Positions 21,668 to 33,076 of a DNA stretch of 39,304 nt are shown here, piece by piece (the first letter of the stretch is position 1; the number at the start of each line of letters is the position of its first letter). Location of the stretch: the NCBI GenBank assembly GCA_036012755.1, contig DASCPX010000203.1, forward strand, positions 1-39,304, written 5' to 3'. The position numbers and the translations under genes are program-made. This DNA is from Myxococcota bacterium (lineage in GTDB: Bacteria; Myxococcota_A; UBA796; CAJQPC01). A model generated the notes under the pieces. That model was given only the letters and a program-made list of their open reading frames with translations, had not been told where the DNA came from and searched no databases.

Positions 21668-22101
21668 ACCACGCCCTCTTCGTCGTCGAGCTCGGAGAGG
21701 CCACAGCCATCTCGCTGGGCCCCGCAGCCGTGCTGGTGGACTGCCCAGAGGGCACATGGGCCGCCTGGAACGCCAGCAGCCTCCGGGCCACGGGCCCCGA
21801 CGCCGTCGCCTTGACCTCCGGCCGCGCAGAGGTCATCGCCGGGCTCTATGGGCTGCTCGCGGGGATGGCGGCGGCAGGCCGCACGGAGCCGGTTCGCCTG
21901 CTCCACCACATGGCCGACGGACGTCCCGGGAACCTCGTCGGCGCCTACCTCCAGTCGGAGCCTGTCAGCTTCCCCGTGAGCCTCGAGGGTGACTGGCCCG
22001 GGGCGGTGCTGATGGTCGGGGGCCTGCGCCTGGAGAGCCGCGGCCAGGACGACGGCAGGCGCTGGGCCATCGAGGGCGGGGGCCGCCGGGTGGAGCGGTA
22101 G
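21664..22101 (+). CDS. Degenerate RNase Z/metallo-beta-lactamase-fold protein (N-terminal half, no metal motif)
   Basis: 'VLVDCPEGT...DAVALTSGRAEVIAGLYGLLAGM...GRTEPVRL' aligns by eye with RNase Z 'LFDCGEGT...IFITHLHGDH..GLPGLL.....GRTEPL'. ATGA coupling. Confidence 0.6.
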   Translation: MNHALFVVELGEATAISLGPAAVLVDCPEGTWAAWNASSLRATGPDAVALTSGRAEVIAGLYGLLAGMAAAGRTEPVRLLHHMADGRPGNLVGAYLQSEPVSFPVSLEGDWPGAVLMVGGLRLESRGQDDGRRWAIEGGGRRVER

Positions 22102-23334
22102 GTGCCCTACGACGTCGCCATCGTCGGGCTCGGCACGGCGGGCTCGGCGCTGGCCTTTCAGTGCGCCCGCGTGGGTCTCCGGGTCCTCGGCGTCGACGCC
22201 AGAGCATTCGACGAGGCAGGCGCCCGCTGGGTCAACGGTGTACCCGCGTGGACCTTCGACGCCGCCAGCATCGCCCGCCCCAGCGGCGAGGAGCGCTGCG
22301 CCATCGGCCTCGACTTCCACATGGTCGCCGGCTGGGGGCCCACCCGGACCATCGTCCGCGCACACGACCTGGTCGAGGTCGACATGCGTCACCTCCAGCG
22401 ACGCCTGCGCGACGAAGCCCGCGCCAGGGGCGCTGAGCTGAGGGAGGGCGTCGAGGTCCACGACGCAGAGACGCTCGACGCCACCTATGTCGTCGACGCC
22501 GCCGGGCTCGCCGGACCGAACCTGCTCGGTCGCCCCCCCCTCGATCCCGAGGAGCTCTGCGTCGCGGCCTGGGAAGAGCGCCGGGTCGACGACCTGCCAG
22601 CAGCGAGCGCCTTCTTCAGGGGCCACGGCGTGGAGCCGGGAGCCACCCTCTGCTTCACCTCGATCGCTGGTGGCTTCAGCATCCTCAACCTGCGGCTGCA
22701 CGGAGACGCCATCGCCGTCCTCGCAGGCTCGATTCCCGGCCTCGGCCACCCCAGCGGGCCAGAGCTGCTGAAGGACTTCGTCGCCGAGCACGACTGGGTG
22801 GGTGCGCGAGTCTTCGGCGGGTCACGGGCGCTGCCGTTGGCCCCACCACCAGTCGAGCTGGTGCGCGGCAAGGTGGCGACCATCGGCGACACCGCCCGGC
22901 AGATCCACGCTGCTCATGGCTCCGGCGTCGGACAACAGCTCCTGGCCGGCCGCCTGCTCGCAGAGGCCATCGCCGACGACGACCTCGCCGAGTACGAGCA
23001 CCGCTGGCTCCGGGACTACGGCGGACTGCTCTCCGGGATGTCGCTCTTCGCTCGCTTCTCGACGACCCTCGCACCAGAGGACCTCGAGCGGCTGATGGCG
23101 GCGGGGGCCCTCCCAGAGGGCATCACCAGGCGGATCCTGACCCAGCGCTTGCCGCTGCTCGGCCCGCTGGAGCTAGCGCGAGCCACCGCCGGCCTCGCCA
23201 GGGAGCCGGATCTCGCTCGGCGGCTGCTCCCCGTGGTGGCGAAGATCGTCGCGCTGGAGGCCCACCACCGGCGCGTTCCCCGGCACGACCGTGGAGCCTG
23301 GGAGCAGCGAAGAGAGAGGCTCCAGGTGCTCTGA
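22102..23334 (+). CDS. FAD-dependent oxidoreductase (geranylgeranyl reductase/lycopene cyclase-like)
   Basis: 'YDVAIVGLGTAG' Rossmann motif, 'VVDAAG' and 'IGDTARQIHAAHGSGV'. Confidence 0.8.
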   Translation: MPYDVAIVGLGTAGSALAFQCARVGLRVLGVDARAFDEAGARWVNGVPAWTFDAASIARPSGEERCAIGLDFHMVAGWGPTRTIVRAHDLVEVDMRHLQRRLRDEARARGAELREGVEVHDAETLDATYVVDAAGLAGPNLLGRPPLDPEELCVAAWEERRVDDLPAASAFFRGHGVEPGATLCFTSIAGGFSILNLRLHGDAIAVLAGSIPGLGHPSGPELLKDFVAEHDWVGARVFGGSRALPLAPPPVELVRGKVATIGDTARQIHAAHGSGVGQQLLAGRLLAEAIADDDLAEYEHRWLRDYGGLLSGMSLFARFSTTLAPEDLERLMAAGALPEGITRRILTQRLPLLGPLELARATAGLAREPDLARRLLPVVAKIVALEAHHRRVPRHDRGAWEQRRERLQVL

Positions 23335-23344
23335 AGACGGCCGC

Positions 23345-24268
23345 TCAGTCGTCCGGGTCGTCGAGGTCGATGTCCTCGTCCCTCGACTCGTAGGGCTGCT
23401 CTGGAGCCAGCCCCTTGGGCAACCGCCAGGCGACCAAGACGAAGGCGAGGACGACCACGCCCAGCGAGGTGACCTGCGAGGTCGAGAACAGCCCGAAGTA
23501 GTCGGTGCCCCGAATTGCGTCGCCCCGGTAGACCTCGATGAGGTACCGCATGACCGGGTACCAGACCATCGTCATCGCCATGATCTGCCCGTCGAACTTG
23601 CGGTAGTGGTACCAGACGAAGGACAACAGCGCGAAGCCGAGGAAGGCGCCGATCGATTCCCAGGCCTGCGTCGGGTAGACGGCGGTCTCGAAGATGGTGC
23701 CCATCGTCTCGCCGCGGTGGTAGGAGAAGGCGAGCTGGGGGAAGCCGTCCATCAGGAGGATCTCGCCACCCGGGAAGAACTCGCCCGTCAGGGTCTGGCC
23801 ATGCCCGGCGTCCTCGACGGCGCGACCGTGGCAGCAGCCGGCGAAGAAGCAGCCGAGCCGCCCGATGCCGCTGCCGAGCATCATGGCCGGACCCGCGATG
23901 TCCGCGATCTTCCAGAAGTTGATCTTTCGCCAGTAGAGGTAGAGCGCGCCGCAGACCACCCCCGCGATCTGGCCGCCCATCACCGCCATGCCGCCCTTGC
24001 TGAACTGGAACAGGACCAGCGGGTTGTCGAAGAAGAGGATGCGGTCGTCCGGCGAGCCGAGGAAGTGCAGGAGCCGGGCGCCGAGGATCGAGCTGACGAT
24101 TGCGACGACCAGGAGCGGGACGACCGTGTCGGGGTTGACGCCGATCTTCTTGAAGCGAACGCCAGCGACGAGCGCGGCGCCGAGGAAGGCGAGCACGAGC
24201 ATGAGCCCGTAGGTGCCGTACTCGACAGGGCCGCTCTCCGTCTGCTGGACCCAGAGGTAGGGATACAT
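23345..24268 (-). CDS. lgt: Prolipoprotein diacylglyceryl transferase
   Basis: 'MYPYL...TYG', 'LGARLLH', 'GRLGCFFAGCCHG', 'YPTQAWES', 'RYLIEVYRGD' and 'STSQ'. AGGAG RBS. Confidence 0.9.
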   Translation of the reverse strand: MYPYLWVQQTESGPVEYGTYGLMLVLAFLGAALVAGVRFKKIGVNPDTVVPLLVVAIVSSILGARLLHFLGSPDDRILFFDNPLVLFQFSKGGMAVMGGQIAGVVCGALYLYWRKINFWKIADIAGPAMMLGSGIGRLGCFFAGCCHGRAVEDAGHGQTLTGEFFPGGEILLMDGFPQLAFSYHRGETMGTIFETAVYPTQAWESIGAFLGFALLSFVWYHYRKFDGQIMAMTMVWYPVMRYLIEVYRGDAIRGTDYFGLFSTSQVTSLGVVVLAFVLVAWRLPKGLAPEQPYESRDEDIDLDDPDD

Positions 24269-24340
24269 CGCCCGGCTCCTAACGCTCCCGCCGCCGAAGG
24301 TCCCTACGAACCGAACCCGCGCGCTGTTTCCGCTGCCGCT

Positions 24341-25180
24341 TCAGGCCTCTGCGGTCACCCGCTCCTCGGCCGCCTCTCTGCGGCACTGCTCTGCGAGGAC
24401 CCTGATGGCCTCCATGCAGCGATTCGTCGCCTTGCGCGAGGCCCCGAGATCGTTGGTCGCAGCTTGCAGATCGCAGAACTCGACCTCTGGCCCGAAGGCC
24501 AGGTACACGGGGTAGTTCTCCGGCTCGAACCAGTTCCGCCGGATCTCCTCGAGGAGGTCGTTGGTGATGCCTGCCAGGAAGACCGGCACTATCTGCGCGT
24601 CCCTCGCCTCCAAGGCGATGACAGCCGCGCCGACGCGACCCTTGCCCACCTCGAACATGTCGTCCGCGCGCGAACGGCTGCCCTCTGGGTGGATGCCGAT
24701 GACGGCGGCGTTGTCCTGGAGATCAGAGATGCACCGATCCAGGGCGTAGGTGTTCCATTCCTTGCGGTCTCGGTCGCGGAGAATCGGCGGGAACATCACC
24801 ATGCCGCTCATGAGCATGTTCACGATCGGGCCCGCTGGATGATCGTAGAAGAAGGTCGACCGCACAGGGAACATGATCCGACCGGCGGGAAAGCACGACT
24901 CTTCGTTGAGCCGGGAGCAGATCGTGAAGAAGTCGTAGAAGGTCCGGTGGTTCGCGACGAGGCAGACGCCGCGCTCCCAGTCCAGCCCTCGTATGTGCTC
25001 GAGCCCGCTGGAGTTGAGGCGACGCTTCACCGACAGCCACGTCAGCCCGACCATCACCGTCGTGTTCCAGAGCTCGGCCTGCCAGCGCATGCGCCGGTTC
25101 CAGAAGTCGGCCAGCTCGAAGCTGAACCGCTCCATGCGGTCCAACAGGTCCAGCTGCTCTTCGCTCGGCCGAGGTGTCAT
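24341..25180 (-). CDS. Lysophospholipid acyltransferase (PlsC family)
   Basis: 'LVANHRTFYD' (NHxxxxD), 'IHPEGSRS' and 'IVPVFLAG'. Confidence 0.85.
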   Translation of the reverse strand: MTPRPSEEQLDLLDRMERFSFELADFWNRRMRWQAELWNTTVMVGLTWLSVKRRLNSSGLEHIRGLDWERGVCLVANHRTFYDFFTICSRLNEESCFPAGRIMFPVRSTFFYDHPAGPIVNMLMSGMVMFPPILRDRDRKEWNTYALDRCISDLQDNAAVIGIHPEGSRSRADDMFEVGKGRVGAAVIALEARDAQIVPVFLAGITNDLLEEIRRNWFEPENYPVYLAFGPEVEFCDLQAATNDLGASRKATNRCMEAIRVLAEQCRREAAEERVTAEA

Positions 25181-25197
25181 GTGACCATTCTATAGCC

Positions 25198-26326
25198 GTG
25201 AGCGACCACTACCTGAAAGAGGAGCTGTACAAGCTCGTTCGAAAGGATCCTGCGATCTTCGAGTTCCTGCAGGCAGGCTCGCTGGATGGCATCTGGTACT
25301 GGGATCTCGAGAACCCGGAGATCGAGTGGATGAGCCCGCGGCTCTGGGAGGTGCTCGGGTTCGATGCCGAGGAGATGCCCCACCGGGCCGAGGCCTGGCA
25401 GCACCTGATCCACCCCGAGGATCTGCAGACCGCGAACGCCAACTTCAACGCCCACTGCGCGGACCCGAGCCATCCCTACGACCAGCTCGTGCGCTATCGG
25501 CACAAGGACGGCTCGACGGTCTGGGTCCGCTGCCGAGGTGTCGCCATCCGCGACGAGTCCAACAACCCGATCCGCATGCTCGGCGCCCACAACGAGGTCA
25601 CCCTGCTCAAGCAGGCCGAGCAGGAGCTGAGCGAGGCGGTCGAGCATCTCGAGCGCTCCAACCGGAACCTCGAGGAGTTCGCGTCGGTGGCCTCTCACGA
25701 CCTCCAGGCGCCGCTCCAGACGATCACGAACTTCCTCACGCTCCTCCAGTTCTCCGCCGACGAGCGCCTGACCGAGAACGAGCAGCACTACATCGAGCGG
25801 GCGGTCGACGCGGCCCAGCGTCAGTCCCAGATGGTCCGCGCCCTGCTCGACTGGTCTCGGGTACAGATGCACGACATGTCCCGGCGCCCCGTGGACACCG
25901 GGGAGCTCGTGGCTGAGGTCACCTCGGAGCTACGGGCCAGCCTCGACGAGGCCAACGCCGAGGTCCTCGTCGACGATCTCCCGCTGGTCAGGGCCGATCC
26001 CGTGCTGCTGCGACGGGTCTTCCAGAACCTCCTCCACAACGCCCTCAAGCTCCGCTCCGAGCGGCCCCCGCGCGTCCACATCCGAGCACAGCCGGTCAGG
26101 AGCACCTGGAGCTTTCCGCGTCGAGGACAACGGCATCGGCTTCGACTCCAAGTACAACGAGCGCGTCTTCGACTTCGGCGAGCGCCTCCACGGCAAGGCC
26201 CGCTACGAGGGCTCCGGCATCGGCCTGGCCGTGTGTCAGCGGGTCATCAGGGACCACGGGGGTGACATCCGGGCCGAGGGGCGGGCCGGACAGGGCGCGA
26301 CCTTCGTCTTCACGATCCCCTTCTGA
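25198..26326 (+). pseudogene. PAS-domain sensor histidine kinase, +1 frameshift near 26113-26116
   Basis: PAS (LIHPED, YRHKDGSTVWVRCRG), H-box ASHDLQAPL and N-box FQNLLHNALK are in the first frame. The G1/G2 boxes (VEDNGIG...GSGIGLAVCQRVIRDHGG...GATFVFTIPF*) are in the +1 frame from 26120 to the stop at 26326. Confidence 0.85.
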
Positions 26327-26328
26327 GC

Positions 26329-27279
26329 TCAGCTCGAGAGGATGCCCTCGATCCCGCTCATCACGTCGGGCTCGAGCTTGTCGATGACCTCGAGCGCCGC
26401 GAGGTTCTCGTGGACCTGCTCGACCCGCGAGGCACCCGTGATCACCGTGCTCACGTTGGGGTGCTTCGCCGTCCACGCCAGCGCGAGCTGAGCCATCGTG
26501 CACTCCAACGCCTCCGCGACGGTCTGGAGACGGCGGAGCTTCGGGATCTTGTCGTCGATGCCCTCGAGCACGAGGTCCCGGAGCCAGGCCTCTCGGTGGA
26601 GACGGCTGTCCTCGGGCACCCCGTCGTTGTACTTGCCGGTGAGCAGCCCGCTGGCGAGGGGGCTCCAGGTCGTGGTGCCCAGGCCGTACTCGGCGACCAG
26701 CGGTGAGAGCTCCGTCTCCAGGCGGTCTCGACAGAACATGTTGTATTGAGGCTGCTCCATCGTCGGGCCCTCGAGGCCCAGGCGTTCGGCGGCGGCGTAG
26801 GCCTCCTGCAGCTGCTCCGCGGTCCACTCGCTGGTGCCCCAGTAGAGGATCTTGCCCTGCTGGATCAGCGTGTTCATCGTGCGAACGACCTCGTCGACCG
26901 GCGTGTCGGGGTCGTGGCGATGGCAGAAGTAGAGGTCGAGGTAGTTCACCTGGAGCCGCTTCAGGGCCGCGTGGCAGGCCTCGACGACATGCTTGCGGTT
27001 GAGCCCGACGTCGTTGGGGCCGTCGCCCCCCCAGAAGACCTTCGAAGAGACGACGTAGTCCTGGCGTCGCAGCTCCGAGAGCACGCGACCGACCACGACC
27101 TCTGCGTTTCCGTGGGCGTAGGCCTCGGCGTTGTCGAAGAAGTTGACGCCCTTGTCGAAGGCCGCGAGCAGGCACTGGCGGGTGAGGGCCTCGTCGCACT
27201 GCTTGCCGTAGGTCACCCAGGAGCCGATGGAGAAGCGGGAGACCACGAGCCCGGAGCGGCCGAGGCGGTTGTAGATCAC
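26329..27279 (-). CDS. Aldo/keto reductase (Kv-beta subunit-like)
   Basis: 'YNRLGRSGLVVS...GSWVTYG', 'GVNFFDNAEAY', 'SSKVFWG', 'GKILYWGTSEW' and 'WSPLASGLLTGKY'. GTG start overlaps the upstream stop (GTGA). Confidence 0.92.
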   Translation of the reverse strand: MIYNRLGRSGLVVSRFSIGSWVTYGKQCDEALTRQCLLAAFDKGVNFFDNAEAYAHGNAEVVVGRVLSELRRQDYVVSSKVFWGGDGPNDVGLNRKHVVEACHAALKRLQVNYLDLYFCHRHDPDTPVDEVVRTMNTLIQQGKILYWGTSEWTAEQLQEAYAAAERLGLEGPTMEQPQYNMFCRDRLETELSPLVAEYGLGTTTWSPLASGLLTGKYNDGVPEDSRLHREAWLRDLVLEGIDDKIPKLRRLQTVAEALECTMAQLALAWTAKHPNVSTVITGASRVEQVHENLAALEVIDKLEPDVMSGIEGILSS

Positions 27280-29810
27280 TCGGCGCCCACGAAGGTGAAC
27301 GAGAGGGGTCCGGTGACGTCGAGGGTCTCCAGCGTCGTGCTGTCGTAGGTCCCGCTGGAGCTGCCCGCGTAGAGGTAGCTGTCGGCCGGAGAGGACCAGC
27401 TGCCGCCGTAGTAGTTCACGAACAGCAGCTCTGGCAGGCCGTCTCCGTCGAGGTCCGCGGCGCCGGCGTCCCGCGGGCCGTAGGTCGCCGCCGTCGCGCT
27501 GTCCGCCGAGGACAGCCCGCTGGTGCTCCCGTAGTAGACGTAGCTGGTCGTGCTGTAGCTGCTGGAGGTCCGGTAGACCGGCACGATGAGGTCGTCGACG
27601 CCGTCCGCGTCGAGGTCCGCCGACTCGGGGTAGAGGACACCTTCCGTGGACAGCCCGGTCCGGTCGGAGTCCGAGTACCCGCTGGAGCTGCCCCACCAGG
27701 CGTAGCTGGTCGTGCTGAAGCTGGAGCCGTCGTAGTAGCTGCCAGCGAAGAGATCGGTGTAGCCGTCGTCGTCCCAGTCGCCGCTGGCGAGACCCGCCTG
27801 CCCCGTGCCGCTGAGTCGCTGGCGGTCGCTGTTGCCGAAGCCCGTGCTGCGGTCGTTCCAGTAGACGTGCACGTCGGTGGAGTAGCTGCCGTTGTACCAG
27901 GCGCTGAAGACCAGGTCGGTCAGCCCGTCGCCGTCGAGGTCCTCGTTGATCACGTCCAGCGGGCCCTCGGTGGAGAGGTCGGTGGTGTCGCTGGTGGAGT
28001 AGCCGCTGGAGGAGCCCCAGTAGATGGTCGAGTCCGGGTTGCTGGAGCCGTCCCAGTACTCGGCGAAGACGAGGTCGATGTAGCCGTCCTGATCGAGGTC
28101 CTCGGCCACGCTCTTGCGAGCCCCGTAGGTCTCCAGGTCCGTGCGGTTCGAGGTCGAGAAGCCCGTGGCCGACCCGTAGTAGACGTAGCTGTCGGTGCTG
28201 TAGCCGCTGTTGTAGTAGCTCGCGAAGACGAGGTCTTCGTAGCCGTCCAGATCGAGGTCCTCGATGTCGACGTCCAGAGCCCCGATGGTGTCCACGAGCT
28301 CCCGGTCCGAGGAGGAGTAGCCGCTGGCGGAGCCGTAGTAGATGTAGGAGCTCGCCGAGTAGCTGCCGTCGTAGTAGGTCGCGAAGGCGAGGTCCTGGTA
28401 GCCGTCGCCGTCGATGTCACCGGCCTCCACGTCCCAGGTCCCCGTGGTGGTGACCGTGTCGCTCCAGGAGTCGGAGAACCCGCTCCCGTCGCCGTAGAAG
28501 AGCGCGCTCGAGGTCGTGTAGCTCGACCCCGAGTAGTAGCTCCCGATGGCCAGGTCCATGATGCCGTCGCAGTTCAGGTCCGTGCAGAAGTCGTTGCCGT
28601 CACAGTCCTGGTCGATGCCGTCACCGGGGGTCTCGGTCGCCGTGGAGCCGGGGTAGGCGGTCGAGTCCGAGTCCTCGCAGTCGCTGTCGTCGTCGACGTA
28701 GCCGGAGGGCTCGTCGCAGGAGGTCGTGGTGGTCGAGGAGTCGCCGTAGCCGTCACCGTCGCTGTCCGCGTACCAGGTCTCGGCGTCGAGGCTGTCCGCG
28801 TCGTCGACATCACCGTCGCAGTCGGAGTCCTCGCTGTCGCAGTGCTCGTCGGCTCCCGGGTAGATGTCGGCGTCGCTGTCGTCGCAGTCGGTGGCGTCAG
28901 AGACCTGGGAGCTGTCGCCGTAGCAGCTGATCGTCTCCGTGCTGGCGTCGCCGTAGCCGTCACCGTCGCTGTCGCTGTACCAGGACTGGGCGTCGACGGC
29001 GTCGTCCTCGTCCGTGTCGCCGTCGCAGTCGTCATCGACTCCGTTGCAGCTCTCTGCGGCGTCCGGATTGACCGCGGAGTCGTAGTCGTCACAGTCCCCG
29101 TCTACCTCTGCGTAGCCAGTCGGCAGCTCGCAGGACTCGGCGCTGGCGGAGCTCCCGTAGCCGTCGCCGTCACCGTCTTCGTAGAAGGTCGTCGTCACGC
29201 CCTCGTCGATCTCGCCGTTGCAGTCGTTGTCTGCCTCGTCGCAGACCTCTGGGTTGCCGGGGAAGGCGTTGGCGTCGGTGTCGTCGCAGTCCGTGTCGTC
29301 GGCGACCCAGCCCTCTGGTGGGTTGCAGTCCTCGAGCGGGCTGCTCGCGTCGCCGTAGGTGTCGCCGTCGGCGTCCTCGAACCAGCTCGTCAGGACATCT
29401 TCGTCGACCTCTCCGTCGCAGTCGTTGTCGAGCTCGTCGCACTGCTCACCGGCGTCCGGAAAGACCTCTGCGCTGCTGTCGTCGCAGTCGGTGTCGTCGT
29501 CGACGTAGCCCTCGGGCTGCTCACAGGAGACCGTCGAGCCCGCGGCGTTGCCATAGCCGTCGCCGTCGGCGTCCTGGAACCAGGTGTCACCGACGCCATC
29601 GTCGACCTCGTCGTTGCAGTCGTTGTCGATGTCGTCACAGATCTCGACCGCCTGGGGGTTCACGGCGGGGTCGTTGTCGTCGCAGTCCTCTGTGACGTCG
29701 AAGCCGTCGCCGTCTACATCCGCAGGGGGGCTCGAGTCGTGGACTTCGGTCAGACCGCTGTCGTAGTCCTTCGAGCGGCATGAAATGGCGAGCAGGAGGG
29801 CAAGAGGCAC
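27276..29810 (-). CDS. Lipoprotein with 6 MopE-type repeats and 8 FG-GAP/VCBS-like repeats (beta-propeller)
   Basis: Probable GTG start at 29810 (MPLALLLAISC). DCDD repeats are followed by eight 'D(L/I/W)DxDGxxDL' units with 'YxYYGS..G.S'. Confidence 0.85.
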   Translation of the reverse strand: MPLALLLAISCRSKDYDSGLTEVHDSSPPADVDGDGFDVTEDCDDNDPAVNPQAVEICDDIDNDCNDEVDDGVGDTWFQDADGDGYGNAAGSTVSCEQPEGYVDDDTDCDDSSAEVFPDAGEQCDELDNDCDGEVDEDVLTSWFEDADGDTYGDASSPLEDCNPPEGWVADDTDCDDTDANAFPGNPEVCDEADNDCNGEIDEGVTTTFYEDGDGDGYGSSASAESCELPTGYAEVDGDCDDYDSAVNPDAAESCNGVDDDCDGDTDEDDAVDAQSWYSDSDGDGYGDASTETISCYGDSSQVSDATDCDDSDADIYPGADEHCDSEDSDCDGDVDDADSLDAETWYADSDGDGYGDSSTTTTSCDEPSGYVDDDSDCEDSDSTAYPGSTATETPGDGIDQDCDGNDFCTDLNCDGIMDLAIGSYYSGSSYTTSSALFYGDGSGFSDSWSDTVTTTGTWDVEAGDIDGDGYQDLAFATYYDGSYSASSYIYYGSASGYSSSDRELVDTIGALDVDIEDLDLDGYEDLVFASYYNSGYSTDSYVYYGSATGFSTSNRTDLETYGARKSVAEDLDQDGYIDLVFAEYWDGSSNPDSTIYWGSSSGYSTSDTTDLSTEGPLDVINEDLDGDGLTDLVFSAWYNGSYSTDVHVYWNDRSTGFGNSDRQRLSGTGQAGLASGDWDDDGYTDLFAGSYYDGSSFSTTSYAWWGSSSGYSDSDRTGLSTEGVLYPESADLDADGVDDLIVPVYRTSSSYSTTSYVYYGSTSGLSSADSATAATYGPRDAGAADLDGDGLPELLFVNYYGGSWSSPADSYLYAGSSSGTYDSTTLETLDVTGPLSFTFVGAE

Positions 29811-29859
29811 GATCGGCTCCGTCTCAGGTGTCAAACAGGGAAGGAGGTAGGCTACACCC

Positions 29860-30816
29860 ATGCTCACCCTGCTGCTCTCCGGCCTCGCACAGGCCGCCAC
29901 CTGCGACTCGGTCCTGCTGAACGTCAACCTGGACTCGAAGGGCTTCCACGTCAGGGGGGCGGACGAGCTGCTCTACCCGGGGGGACGCCCGGCGATCGCC
30001 GACAACCCCGAGATGAAGTGCAAGACCGAGGTCTGCGATGACCTCGAGGACTTCAACTGGGCAGGCCTCGACGCGACGCTGGGTCGCCTGAAGTCCTCTT
30101 GCCCGGCGGTGACGGAGGCCCAGGTGGTGCTGAGCCCGGAGCTCGCCCACGACATCTTCCTCGAGACCCTCGACCACGTCGATGCCGACTTCCCGAGCGT
30201 GTTCGTCGGTGGCGGCGCCCAGGGCTACGGCGACGGGGGAACTCCTACGACCTCGTCGATGCTCCTGCGGCCGGGCCAGGTGGTGGTCTACGACCGTGCC
30301 TTCTCGCTGGACTCGGATCCCGGAGTGCTCGCGAAGGCCTTCGAGCTCGGCACGAAGACGCAGACGACGCTCAAGATCGAGGCCGCCGACACCGCGACCT
30401 TCGGTGAGCTGGCGCAGATCATGAGGGCCGCGGGCGCAGCCGGCTACCTGCGCTTCGAGCACTCGGACCCCAACGGCAAGCGCCTCCACAAGACCACCAC
30501 CCCGGGAGGCGGCGCGCTGGCCCCGGTGAAGAAGGCGGAGATCTCCGCGAAGGCGCTCAACGCGGGCATCCAGCCGGTCGTGCCGGCGGTGCTGGAGTGC
30601 TACAACACGGCGCTGGGCGATGACCCGACCCTCAGCGGCACCGTCGAGATCTCGATCACGATCACGCCGCAGGGCAACGTCAGCGGGACAGAGGTCAAGA
30701 AGGGAATCGAGTCGCACCTGGACCGCTGCGTGGCGGAGGCGGTGGAGGAGACCAGCTTCGGGGCGCCGGGCGGGACGGTCGTGACGAGCTTCCCCTTCAA
30801 CCTGGCTCCGAGATAG
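29860..30816 (+). CDS. Secreted fusion of two ExbD/TolR-like periplasmic domains and an AgmX/PglI-type TonB C-terminal domain
   Basis: Signal ending AQA. 'FNWAGLDATLGRLKSSCP...HDIFLETLD...FPSVFVGGG'; 'LKIEAADTATFGELAQIMRAAGAAGY'; 'ECYNTALGDDPTLSGTVEISITITPQGNV...LDRCVAEAV...F...FPF'. Confidence 0.7.
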   Translation: MLTLLLSGLAQAATCDSVLLNVNLDSKGFHVRGADELLYPGGRPAIADNPEMKCKTEVCDDLEDFNWAGLDATLGRLKSSCPAVTEAQVVLSPELAHDIFLETLDHVDADFPSVFVGGGAQGYGDGGTPTTSSMLLRPGQVVVYDRAFSLDSDPGVLAKAFELGTKTQTTLKIEAADTATFGELAQIMRAAGAAGYLRFEHSDPNGKRLHKTTTPGGGALAPVKKAEISAKALNAGIQPVVPAVLECYNTALGDDPTLSGTVEISITITPQGNVSGTEVKKGIESHLDRCVAEAVEETSFGAPGGTVVTSFPFNLAPR

Positions 30817-30897
30817 CTGGCCGACGGTCGCAGCAGCGCGGCGCGGCGAACCGCCGGGGCAAACAAGACAGGATAGGCTCGGCGCTCAGGGAGTCCA

Positions 30898-32599
<1,702 letters not shown>

Positions 32600-32607
<8 letters not shown>

Positions 32608-33076
32608 GGCCAACTGCGTCCAGTGTCAGCGTCTCCTCCACGCGGACGAGGCCCGACACGCCGTCGACGCGGGGCTGCTCTGCGCGAACTGCTACACCGC
32701 GCTTCGAGACGAGGTCGAGCGACAGCTGGGCGAGATCCAGAGCGGCATCAACTACCCCCTGGCCTTCATCGCCCACGGCTTCGGCGCAGGCATCGGCGCG
32801 GCCCTCTACGTGGCGTCGATCGTCCTGTCGGGCTGGGACATCGCCATCGTCGCGATCGCCATGCCGTGGATCGGGACCAAGCTCCACCAGAAGGCCATCG
32901 GCTTCAAGCGCTCGACGGGGCTCGTGATCATGGCGGTCGGCATCTCCCTGCCACTGTTTGCAGTGACCCGCCTCTTGATGTGGGGCGGTGACATGAGCAT
33001 GTTCGATCCGCTGGACCTGTTGTGGGTCGGCATCATCGCCTACGAAGCGTGGCGACAGAACAAGCCTCTCCGATGA
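32600..33076 (+). CDS. Small membrane protein with N-terminal CxxC...CxxC zinc finger
   Basis: CVQC...CANC followed by about 4 hydrophobic segments; overlaps both neighbours. Confidence 0.7.
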
